Origin: a virus
Lineage: Duplodnaviria; Heunggongvirae; Uroviricota; Caudoviricetes
Strand: one strand, 5' to 3'
IMG/VR virus record: IMGVR_UViG_2534681662_000010
DNA length: 19,333 nt
The notes below the pieces were generated by a model. The model saw only the letters and a list, made by a program, of their open reading frames with translations, ran no database searches and was not told where the DNA came from. The position numbers and the translations under genes are program-made. Of this stretch, positions 1-6,428 are shown piece after piece; within the stretch, counting starts at the first letter, position 1; the number at the start of each line of letters is the position of its first letter.

Positions 1-251
1 AGCGCAGTAGCTATCGCACGAATGCTCATTTTGGCTGACAAACCAGCTCGTATCTCCTCGCGCTCAGACAGTGTCAGGTGAGCTACAGCCCGCTTACGCT
101 CATGGGGTTTTATGCCGCCAGTATCCCTTAACATAGTGAAGATCGTTCCGGGTTTTGAACCCAGGATATTCGCTATTTCACTGAAGCCTGTTCCGTTCTT
201 CCATAGTTCAAAAACAGAGGCTTTTTCCTCTGCTGTAAATGTTCGTCTCAT
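1..251 (-). CDS. insI: IS30 transposase, N-terminal 83 codons (partial, runs off window)
   Basis: Reverse-strand translation from ATG (revcomp of 249-251) reads [83 protein letters not shown], matching the remembered IS30 InsI N-terminus. It is missing from the ORF track because no stop lies inside the window. Confidence 0.85.
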   Translation of the reverse strand, partial: MRRTFTAEEKASVFELWKNGTGFSEIANILGSKPGTIFTMLRDTGGIKPHERKRAVAHLTLSEREEIRAGLSAKMSIRAIATA

Positions 252-313
252 TCAAAAAACCTCCGCAACCCCATGTTTTCACATAACTGTTGCGTTGACC
301 AATTGAATCTACA
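1..313 (-). mobile_element. IS30, partial (left inverted repeat and 5' part of the transposase gene; the rest lies beyond the window start)
   Basis: Reverse complement of 289-313 reads TGTAGATTCAATTGGTCAACGCAAC, which I recall as the IS30 terminal inverted repeat, followed by the transposase start. The element abuts the IS911 fragment at 313/314. Confidence 0.8.
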
Positions 314-612
314 GTAGCCTTTTTTAATATTTCATTCTCCATTTCAATGCGTTGTAGCTTTTTCCTCAGCTCACGTATTTCGATTTGTTCTGGTGTTATC
401 GGAGAGGCTTTTGGTGTTTTGCCCTGACGCTCATCACGCAGTTGTTTGACCCATCTTGTCATTGTGGAAAGGCCAACATCCATAGCTTTGGCGGCATCTG
501 CCACCGTGTAGTTCTGGTCAACAACCAGTTGAGCGGATTCGCGTTTAAACTCTGCGCTGAAATTTCTTTTTTTCATTGGAGCACCTGCGTTGTTCTGAGG
601 TGAGCATATCAC
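314..612 (-). pseudogene. insN: IS911 OrfA (InsN-like transposase regulator), 3' end disrupted by IS30
   Basis: Translation [88 protein letters not shown] matches IS911 OrfA. The track ORF 208..612 continues into IS30 sequence, giving a non-native C-terminus ([10 protein letters not shown]...). Confidence 0.8.
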
Positions 613-648
613 CTCTGTTCAGGTGGCCAAATTCAGTGTGCCACTTCA
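314..648 (-). mobile_element. IS911 (IS3 family) fragment: left end plus orfA, interrupted by IS30
   Basis: Reverse complement of 620-648 reads TGAAGTGGCACACTGAATTTGGCCACCTG, the remembered IS911 terminal repeat. orfA follows and is cut by the IS30 end immediately after the A-AAA-AAG frameshift motif (revcomp of about 314-330). Confidence 0.8.
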
Positions 649-680
649 GACAAAAGAAAAGGAGAACAGGAGGCTGGCTG

Positions 681-1016
681 ATGAACAGGAAATATTATCT
701 TAATAATATGTGGTGGGGATGGTTTATGGGTGGGTATACTCTGTATATGTCATGGGATTATGAGTTTAAATACAGATTGCTGTTCTGGTGTATTTCTCTC
801 TGCGGAATGGTTTTGTATCCGGTTGCCAGATGGTGTATTGAAAATACTGCCCTGAAATTTACCCGGCCTCATTTCTGGAATAGCGGTTTTTTTGCTGATA
901 CTCCCGGAAAAATGGGATTACTTGCGGTTTATACGGGTACTGTTTTAATATTATCTCTTCCGTTAACTATGATATATATTCTTTCTGTTATCATAAAAAG
1001 GTTGTCTGTAAGATAG
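681..1016 (+). CDS. Colicin Ia/Ib-type pore-forming colicin immunity protein (111 aa), apparently intact
   Basis: ATG at 681 preceded by AGGAGAACAGGAGG. Product MNRKYYLNNMWWGWFMGGYTLYMSWDYEFKYRLLFWCISLCGMVLYPVARW... is a small multi-pass membrane protein that I recognise as colicin Ia immunity-like. It is convergent with a colicin pore-domain fragment, as in ColIa/ColIb. The track ORF start at 576 is an upstream extension through the IS911 end and is not used. Confidence 0.8.
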   Translation: MNRKYYLNNMWWGWFMGGYTLYMSWDYEFKYRLLFWCISLCGMVLYPVARWCIENTALKFTRPHFWNSGFFADTPGKMGLLAVYTGTVLILSLPLTMIYILSVIIKRLSVR

Positions 1017-1037
1017 ACAGCCTGTCTTATATATTAT

Positions 1038-1658
1038 TTAAATGCCCCAGAACTTATTCGCTTTTTCCACAAGCGTTTCATCAATCAGTGTACCGGTGAC
1101 AGCCATCAGTAAACCATACCCGATAATGCCTAAAGCGCTTCCGGTAAGAATACTGAAGACCAGAGCAACAAGAGCCGTTGCGGCATTACCTGCTATGATG
1201 GTTTCTGTTTTAACAAAAAAAGGACACCCGTTATCTGTCCGGGCAGCCTTACCAAACTCAGTGATCCAGTCAGCAAAATTTGTAATTTTTCCTGCATATC
1301 CCAGTCCGCGACTGAACCTATTCAGATTAGACGATATATCAGACAGCTTCACAGACTCAAGGGCTTCGGCAATCGCTGCACGATCTTTTGCATTAATTTT
1401 TTTGTTAATGTCAGCCCGGTACTTTTCATACGTTTTTAATGCCTCTTCAACATTACGTATTTTCTTCCCTTTAGCCTGCCCGGCCATCTCTCTGGCTAAC
1501 TGCTCATCTTTTGCACCATATTTTTCTGAAACTGATTTCAGGAACTCTGTTGTGAAATTAATTGCGTCTTTCGTTGCCTTCAGTTCATCCTGTTTTCTTT
1601 TCTCTTCCGCTATCTTCTGATTGATGCCGGCAAGCTGGTTACGGATATTCTCTTTTTC
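1038..1658 (-). pseudogene. Colicin Ia/Ib-like toxin, C-terminal ~207 codons only (pore-forming domain); 5' two-thirds replaced by IS1
   Basis: Reverse-strand translation ends ...GKITNFADWITEFGKAARTDNGCPFFVKTETIIAGNAATALVALVFSILTGSALGIIGYGLLMAVTGTLIDETLVEKANKFWGI, with the hydrophobic helical hairpin typical of pore-forming colicins and a remembered colicin Ia C-terminus. The track ORF 1038..1736 takes its first 26 codons from IS1 sequence. Confidence 0.8.
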
Positions 1659-1715
1659 GGTGATGCCTCTAATTAGTTGAATCTGATGTATAATACGGGC
1701 TTTTGAGGTTATCTC

Positions 1716-1988
1716 ATGGACAGTGTTAATATTCATTGTCCCCGTTGTCAGTCAGCTCGGGTTTACCGCCATGGTCAGAATCCTAAAGGCCGTGACAGAT
1801 TTCGCTGCCGTGACTGCCACCGTGTGTTTCAGCTCACTTATACTTATCAAGCACGTAAGCCGGGTATGAAAGAGCTGATAACTGAAATGGCCTTTAATGG
1901 TGCCGGGGTTCGCGATACCGCCAGGACAATGAAAATTGGTATTAACACCGTCATCCGGACTTTAAAAAACTCGCGCCAAAGCGAATAA
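1716..1988 (+). CDS. insA: IS1 InsA (zinc-finger/HTH transposition regulator)
   Basis: MDSVNIHCPRCQSARVYRHGQNPKGRDRFRCRDCHRVFQLTYTYQARKPGMKELITEMAFNGAGVRDTARTMKIGINTVIRTLKNSRQSE has the CxxC...CxxC plus HTH layout of IS1 InsA, about 50% identical to the K-12 isoform by eye. Confidence 0.85.
   Translation: MDSVNIHCPRCQSARVYRHGQNPKGRDRFRCRDCHRVFQLTYTYQARKPGMKELITEMAFNGAGVRDTARTMKIGINTVIRTLKNSRQSE
1964..1970 (+). other. IS1 programmed -1 frameshift motif (AAAAAAC) linking insA to insB
   Basis: TTAAAAAACTC at the 3' end of insA, with the insB frame (-1) opening here. Confidence 0.7.
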
Positions 1989-2410
1989 CTTCTTCGCCTG
2001 TTGCCCATGCTGATGTGGCGCTTATCTGCGAGCTTGATGAGCAATAGAGCTACGTTGGCAGTAAAGCCCGGCAACACTGGCTCTGGTACGCGTACAACAC
2101 CAAAACAGGCGGTGTACTGGCCTACACTTTTGGTCCCCGAACCGATCAAACGTGCCGGGAGCTACTGGCACTGCTTACACCCTTCAACATCGGCATGCTG
2201 ACCAGCGATGACTGGGGCAGCTATGGCCGGGAGGTGCCGAAGAATAAGCATCTGACCGGCAAAATATTCACCCAACGCATTGAGCGTAATAATCTGACGC
2301 TACGCACCCGCATTAAGCGGTTGGCTCGTAAAATAATCTGCTTCTCACGCTCAGTTGAGATCCACGAAAAAGTGATCGGAGCGTTTATCGAAAAACACAT
2401 GTTCTACTAA
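1969..2410 (+). pseudogene. insB: IS1 InsB frame (transposase catalytic part) with in-frame TAG at 2045-2047
   Basis: The -1 frame reads ...LICELDEQ*SYVGSKARQHWLWYAYNTKTGGVLAYTFGPRTDQTCRELLALLTPFNIGMLTSDDWGSYGREVPKNKHLTGKIFTQRIERNNLTLRTRIKRLARKIICFSRSVEIHEKVIGAFIEKHMFY. The stop replaces the conserved Trp of the DEQW motif (TGG to TAG). Confidence 0.75.
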
Positions 2411-2424
2411 TTGGATGCACTACC

Positions 2425-2806
2425 ATCACTTGCATGTCTTGCTATCTTATCTTCAGAGAAAATAGTGCAAAGGTTTTTATTTGGGTGTCTTAATAGTTTA
2501 GGAAGTAAAGTTAAGGCTATTATCCACAAGGATATATCTGCAACATGGAGACTTTGTGATATATCTTCAAGACTGTGCCTGAGTGAAAGTTTGTTAAAAA
2601 GAAAATTAAAACACGAAGGCTTATCATTTGGTAAACTAAATCTTGAAGAGCGAATGGTGATGGCGGAAAGCTTATTAAGCTACAATTTATATTCTGTTGG
2701 GAAAGTTGCTGAGATATGCGGTTATGAAAATACGTCATATTTTGTAAGTGTTTTCAGAAGATATTTTGGTGTTCCTCTCCACAAATATTCATCAAGATTT
2801 TTTTAG
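2425..2806 (+). pseudogene. AraC/XylS-family transcriptional regulator, C-terminal DNA-binding domain only (N-terminal domain missing at the IS1 junction)
   Basis: Translation ...WRLCDISSRLCLSESLLKRKLKHEGLSFGKLNLEERMVMAESLLSYNLYSVGKVAEICGYENTSYFVSVFRRYFGVPLHKYSS shows the two-HTH AraC signature. About 35% GC. The frame is closed upstream by IS1 sequence. Confidence 0.7.
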
Positions 2807-2884
2807 AAAAACACATGATGTAACGTGATGCGATTTAATGATTTTGTAATTTTCGTATTTGATAATTTTATGATGCTTTCAGCT

Positions 2885-2916
2885 ACGCCAGAATAATCGC
2901 TGGCGTTTTTCTTTTT
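2885..2916 (+). terminator. Rho-independent terminator-like hairpin (ACGCCAG-loop-CTGGCGT) plus T-run
   Basis: Stem 2885-2891 / 2900-2906, then TTTTTCTTTTT. Lies between the AraC fragment and the holin; could be the AraC gene terminator or a tR'-like late terminator. Confidence 0.6.
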
Positions 2917-3012
2917 GAATAGATGTTCAGGCCTTACGCTAATGTAACTTCTATACCTTTCCCTCTTCGTTCCGAACCGTGTACACCATCCGTTATTTGC
3001 GGAGGTGAGGCT

Positions 3013-3228
3013 ATGAAATCCATGGACAAGTTAACAACGGGCATTGCCTACGGCACCTCCGCAGGCAGTGCTGGCTACTGGTTTTTACAGTGGCTTGATC
3101 AGGTCAGTCCATCACAGTGGGCTGCTATTGGTGTGCTGGGAAGTCTGGTTCTGGGCTTTCTGACTTACCTGACGAATCTGTACTTCAAAATAAGAGAAGA
3201 CAAGCGTAAAGCTGCGCGGGGAGAGTAA
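3013..3228 (+). CDS. Phage 21-type class II holin (pinholin) with dual-start motif (Met1 antiholin, Met4 holin)
   Basis: GGAGGTGAGG RBS, then [71 protein letters not shown], which matches the remembered S21 pinholin almost residue for residue: two TMDs and a basic C-terminus. The track ORF start at 2923 is an upstream extension. Confidence 0.9.
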   Translation: MKSMDKLTTGIAYGTSAGSAGYWFLQWLDQVSPSQWAAIGVLGSLVLGFLTYLTNLYFKIREDKRKAARGE

Positions 3229-3232
3229 TTCA

Positions 3233-3577
3233 ATGACTCAAAACTATGAACTGATTGTGAAAGGGATCCGCAATTTTGAGAATAAAGTTACGGTAACTTT
3301 AGCGTTACGGGACAAAGAACGCTTTGACGGTGAAATTTTTGACCTGGACATCTCGCTGGACCGTGTTGAAGGTGCCGCGCTGGAGTTTTATGAGGCAGCA
3401 GCCAGAAGGAGCATCAGACAGGTCTTCCTGGATGTTGCTGCCGGGTTATGTGAAGGGGATGAGCTGTCGCCGGAAAAGCGCCCCATAATTTTAGAGGCGC
3501 AGAATGTGTGGATAACCTACAAAGGAAAGCTACCGGGAAGAATTACTGGTTCTCTGAAGACTCCGCCGAAATGGTAA
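3233..3577 (+). CDS. Hypothetical 114-aa protein inserted between holin and endolysin (possibly YdfR/DUF1327-like lysis-cassette protein)
   Basis: ATG 5 nt after the holin stop, with GGGGAGAG RBS; soluble, no TM segment. Position matches the essQ-ydfR-rrrQ arrangement of the K-12 Qin prophage, but homology is not verified. Confidence 0.6.
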   Translation: MTQNYELIVKGIRNFENKVTVTLALRDKERFDGEIFDLDISLDRVEGAALEFYEAAARRSIRQVFLDVAAGLCEGDELSPEKRPIILEAQNVWITYKGKLPGRITGSLKTPPKW

Positions 3578-3815
3578 TTTCACCAGCATATTTTTCTTCC
3601 AGTAATACCGCCAGCCACTTGAAAGAATTTTGTTGTTGCTGGGACCATTTGGGGTTGAGTGATTCAAGCTGGAGCGATGCCAGTGTTGGTTGCATTTGTT
3701 CCTTGGGAATTGAGAATGCCAGATATGAAAATGCGACAGTAAGGGCATTTACATCATCCCGAAGCTTGGAAATGCAGTCGAGCAACTCCTGTAGAGAAAT
3801 GGTGCTATTGTCCAT
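3543..3815 (-). CDS. Hypothetical 90-aa protein, convergent with and 3'-overlapping the 114-aa gene
   Basis: ATG (revcomp 3813-3815) preceded by AGAGAGGA at good spacing. Product MDNSTISLQELLDCISKLRDDVNALTVAFSYLAFSIPKEQMQPTLASLQLESLNPKWSQQQQ... looks helical and soluble. No family recognised. Confidence 0.5.
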   Translation of the reverse strand: MDNSTISLQELLDCISKLRDDVNALTVAFSYLAFSIPKEQMQPTLASLQLESLNPKWSQQQQNSFKWLAVLLEEKYAGEITISAESSENQ

Positions 3816-3920
3816 AAACAATCCTCTCTATTGTATTTAACTATTCCTTGCCTGATTCAACAGGCCGGGACAGATAAACATATCCAGGGTTCAGAAACCG
3901 ATAAATCCTGATAAATATCC

Positions 3921-4463
3921 ATGAACGTAAAAATCAGATACGGCCTGTCGGCTGCCGTTCTGGCACTGATTGCCGTCGGGGCGCCTGCGCCTGATATTCT
4001 CGACCAGTTTCTGAATGAAAAAGAAGGTAACCACACAACGGCATACCGCGATGGTTCCGGCATCTGGACCATCTGTCGGGGTGCCACGGTGGTGGATGGA
4101 AAACCCGTTTTTCCCGGTATGAAACTGTCGAAGGAAAAATGCGACCAGGTTAACGCCATTGAACGGGATAAGGCGCTGGCATGGGTGGAGCGCAATATTA
4201 AAGTGCCACTGACCGAACCACAGAAAGCGGGTATAGCGTCATTTTGTCCCTATAACATTGGCCCCGGTAAGTGTTTCCCGTCGACGTTTTATAAGCGGCT
4301 GAATGCCGATGATCGTAAGGGGGCATGCGAGGCGATTCGCTGGTGGATAAAAGATGGTGGGCGTGATTGCCGCCTGACAAAAGGGCAGAAGAATGGCTGT
4401 TATGGGCAGGTCGAGCGGCGCGATCAGGAAAGCGCACTGGCGTGCTGGGGGCTGGAGCAATGA
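3921..4463 (+). CDS. SAR endolysin (T4-lysozyme/GH24-like muramidase with N-terminal signal-anchor-release domain)
   Basis: N-terminus MNVKIRYGLSAAVLALIAVGAPAP is a weakly hydrophobic Ala/Gly-rich SAR segment. The E...D...T catalytic spacing is present in NEKEGNHTTAYRDGSGIWTICRGAT. Paired with a pinholin, as in phage 21. Confidence 0.85.
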   Translation: MNVKIRYGLSAAVLALIAVGAPAPDILDQFLNEKEGNHTTAYRDGSGIWTICRGATVVDGKPVFPGMKLSKEKCDQVNAIERDKALAWVERNIKVPLTEPQKAGIASFCPYNIGPGKCFPSTFYKRLNADDRKGACEAIRWWIKDGGRDCRLTKGQKNGCYGQVERRDQESALACWGLEQ

Positions 4464-4996
4464 AAATTAATCCGGATCTTATAGGCGTTGTCGTTATTGC
4501 TGGCCTTTCGGTCGCTCTCGTCAAGAGTTGCTCTCACGCCAGTAATCTTCAGAGCGATAACGACGTTCTGCGAAGTGACAACTCTATGCTGGGGCAGGTA
4601 ATCGCCACCCAGGCATTCAACTTCAATCGATTCAATCAGGTTGCAGAACATGCCAACAGTCTTAACTCCCTGATCGACACCAGCACCGAAAAAACCGTAA
4701 TCGAATACCGGGAGATTCTCCGCCGTGAAAAAACCTGTGATCTGCCTGTTCCTGCTGATATCGCTGGTGGGTTGCTCGAATACACGTACCGTTTACGTGC
4801 CAGCGCCATGCACACCGATACCGGCAGACCTAATGAAGCCTATGATCGTACCGCTACCACCAGCTCAATGACCTACTGCCAAGCTGTCTTGTGGATTAAG
4901 CCGCTACTGGCGTTGATAGAAAAAGGAAATAATAATTTTTCGAGTATTCGTGAAATTGATGAGTTGCGTTACAGACCATCTGAGCATGGCCAGTAA
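4460..4996 (+). CDS. Rz-like i-spanin
   Basis: ATG overlaps the endolysin stop (ATGA). N-terminal TM segment (LIGVVVIAGLSVALV), then a long helical periplasmic region; an Rz1-like gene is embedded in the +1 frame. Confidence 0.8.
   Translation: MKINPDLIGVVVIAGLSVALVKSCSHASNLQSDNDVLRSDNSMLGQVIATQAFNFNRFNQVAEHANSLNSLIDTSTEKTVIEYREILRREKTCDLPVPADIAGGLLEYTYRLRASAMHTDTGRPNEAYDRTATTSSMTYCQAVLWIKPLLALIEKGNNNFSSIREIDELRYRPSEHGQ
4725..4871 (+). CDS. Rz1-like o-spanin (outer-membrane lipoprotein) embedded within Rz
   Basis: Hand translation from GTG 4725: (M)KKPVICLFLLISLVGCSNTRTVYVPAPCTPIPADLMKPMIVPLPPAQ, with lipobox LVGC and a proline-rich mature part. GGAG lies 9 nt upstream. Below the ORF-track size cut-off. 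Confidence 0.75.
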   Translation: MKKPVICLFLLISLVGCSNTRTVYVPAPCTPIPADLMKPMIVPLPPAQ

Positions 4997-5071
4997 GGTT
5001 GCAGGAAATTTAAAATCTGGCGATGAAATTTAATATTAGAAATTCATTGCCTAGTGAGATTAATAATGGGA

Positions 5072-5113
5072 ATCCCTTTGTGACGATAAGCTTTAACACA
5101 TTCACAAAGGGAT
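5072..5113. terminator. Perfect 12-bp inverted repeat (ATCCCTTTGTGA ... TCACAAAGGGAT) with 18-nt loop, between convergent Rz and the reverse-strand moron
   Basis: Arms at 5072-5083 and 5102-5113, A/T-rich flanks on both sides. Plausible bidirectional terminator, or a protein-binding palindrome. Confidence 0.5.
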
Positions 5114-5164
5114 ATTTAATATAGGGTGGTTAATTCCCACTTGCTGTGGTGTTTAGGGGGTAAT

Positions 5165-5857
5165 TCAAATCTTATCTAACTCATTATAGGCTTCGATAAT
5201 AAAAATTCTGATTTTAATAAGGCATGATTCAATGAAAGGAATTACTTCATGGTCATTCCCATGGAATCTTATTTTTTTCTCTTCGGTAATGACTATGTTT
5301 AAAGGTACACCATTACCACTTCTTTGTAATTTCCCATTTTCGAAAGTAAAGTCTTCTAATTTTTTGCCATTGATGTGGTTGTTTTTAAAGAGAATTTTTG
5401 CTGAGCTTCCTGCTGTGATTAAACCAAAACCATCTACGCTCACACTTAGGTCTTTAACAGAACTCTCTTCTCTTAAGGGGATTGGTTGTCTGTGCTTTAC
5501 TTCATTAGTGAGATTACACATCATTTCCAACCAAGATTCGCCAGTGTGATAATCCTGTATAGAAGTAAAAATTTTATATAATGGAGAAGATGATGGTGGG
5601 TTTATTTTTAGCGTCTTTGAGAAAAATTTATCAATAAACTCTTTTTTTCCGTAAGGGAAATATATTTTGGGGCGCTCATCATTACTGCGTGGAGAAATAT
5701 ATTTATCATAGGTATCATTAGCGAGATACTCTAAGGAACTTCGTAAGTTTTCCAAAATAGCTTTGACTTTTACAGGCTTGATATGCTGTGTCTGTCTCAT
5801 TATGTCAAGACTTTCTTCAACTTCTTGCAATAAGTCCAACGAGCCTTCTCTAGACAT
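5165..5857 (-). CDS. Hypothetical 230-aa protein; AT-rich moron at the bor-equivalent position (candidate lysogenic-conversion or anti-phage gene)
   Basis: Long reverse-strand ORF in a roughly 30% GC island inside roughly 50% GC phage DNA. AAGGAGA RBS (revcomp of 5863-5869) upstream of the ATG. No signal peptide or TM segment. No family recognised. Confidence 0.7.
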   Translation of the reverse strand: MSREGSLDLLQEVEESLDIMRQTQHIKPVKVKAILENLRSSLEYLANDTYDKYISPRSNDERPKIYFPYGKKEFIDKFFSKTLKINPPSSSPLYKIFTSIQDYHTGESWLEMMCNLTNEVKHRQPIPLREESSVKDLSVSVDGFGLITAGSSAKILFKNNHINGKKLEDFTFENGKLQRSGNGVPLNIVITEEKKIRFHGNDHEVIPFIESCLIKIRIFIIEAYNELDKI

Positions 5858-6240
5858 ACAGGTAATTCTCCTTTATGAATTTTCAACATGTTATAACTAA
5901 TAATATATTTATCATATAACTGTATGAATAAATTGTGAGATTAGTAATGCAAGTTTCTATCCATAGTGTTCTCTAAGTACCCGCTTCCATCATGTTGTTA
6001 CGGACGGTATGGCTAAAACAAAGCACCTGAAGTTAAACGTTCTGAACTTTATGCTCGTTGAGCATATGAATTATCTGTAACCCGATGCGCTGGTTGTGGT
6101 TCACATTGATGGTCGTAATCAGCAGCGGTGGTGCCTGATGGCATGCAACTTCTTACTTATAAAACTTCGTATGGAATTGTTGCCATAACGAGCCCAGCTT
6201 AGCAGTTTTTAATGGGTCCTCCCGGCAGTGTGTCCTGCCA

Positions 6241-6260
6241 CGGGGCGGGAGCGTCGCGGA
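6241..6260 (+). other. Lambda-like cos site (cosN core) upstream of the terminase genes
   Basis: CGGGGCGGGAGCGTCGCGGA aligns with the remembered lambda cosN CGGGGCGGCGACCTCGCGGG; the presumed 12-nt cohesive end is GGGCGGGAGCGT at 6243-6254. Confidence 0.7.
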
Positions 6261-6298
6261 AAAAGGCTAGTTTTTGAAATTTCATTCGTCATCACCAC

Positions 6299-6326
6299 CA
6301 CTGTAATAGATTGATATTACAGTGGT
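6299..6326. repeat. Perfect 11-bp inverted repeat CCACTGTAATA-GATTGA-TATTACAGTGG followed by a T-rich tract, in the cosB-equivalent region
   Basis: Seen directly, about 45 bp downstream of cosN and about 100 bp upstream of the small terminase start. Confidence 0.6.
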
Positions 6327-6428
6327 TTTATTTTTATGGTGTCGATTTTGATTGTTTTTTGTTCATCACTAACACCGTTTGCCTAAAGTTGTTCGCGAGA
6401 TGCATGTTTAAAACATTCTGGAGCGGGT

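Larger units (their letters stand above)
1659..2424 (+). mobile_element. IS1-family element (divergent isoform), about 766 bp
   Basis: Left end GGTGATGCC at 1659, insA and insB in the canonical arrangement, right end ...TTGGATGCACTACC at about 2424 by analogy with K-12 IS1 ends. Flanks (CTCTTTTTC / ATCACTTGC) show no 8-9 bp target duplication. Confidence 0.8.

Noticed and set aside
112-306. 64-aa plus-strand ORF
   Set aside because: Antisense to the IS30 transposase N-terminus, which is clearly recognisable on the minus strand.
576-680. N-terminal extension of the immunity ORF back to 576
   Set aside because: The extension runs through the IS911 terminal repeat; ATG 681 has a good RBS and gives the expected 111-aa immunity protein.
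1042-1620. 192-aa plus-strand ORF
   Set aside because: It lies antisense to the colicin pore-domain fragment, has a low-complexity Ser/Ala/Phe-rich translation and no RBS; the recognisable colicin signal is on the minus strand.
2807-2884. Candidate sigma70 promoter (TTGTAA ... TTTATG) upstream of the 2885 hairpin, as a pR'-like late promoter
   Set aside because: The hexamers are poor and the transcript to the hairpin would be only about 30 nt, unlike the roughly 190-nt pR'-tR' unit; AT-rich DNA gives such matches by chance.
3508-3840. 110-aa plus-strand ORF and 72-aa minus-strand ORF (3530..3748) overlapping the S-R insert
   Set aside because: No RBS and Cys/Ser-rich odd composition; the 90-aa minus-strand frame with a strong RBS is the better coding candidate. 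It cannot be fully excluded without conservation data.
4198-4651. Minus-strand ORFs 4198..4524, 4239..4460 and 4424..4651
   Set aside because: Antisense to the well-supported endolysin and Rz genes; no start context.
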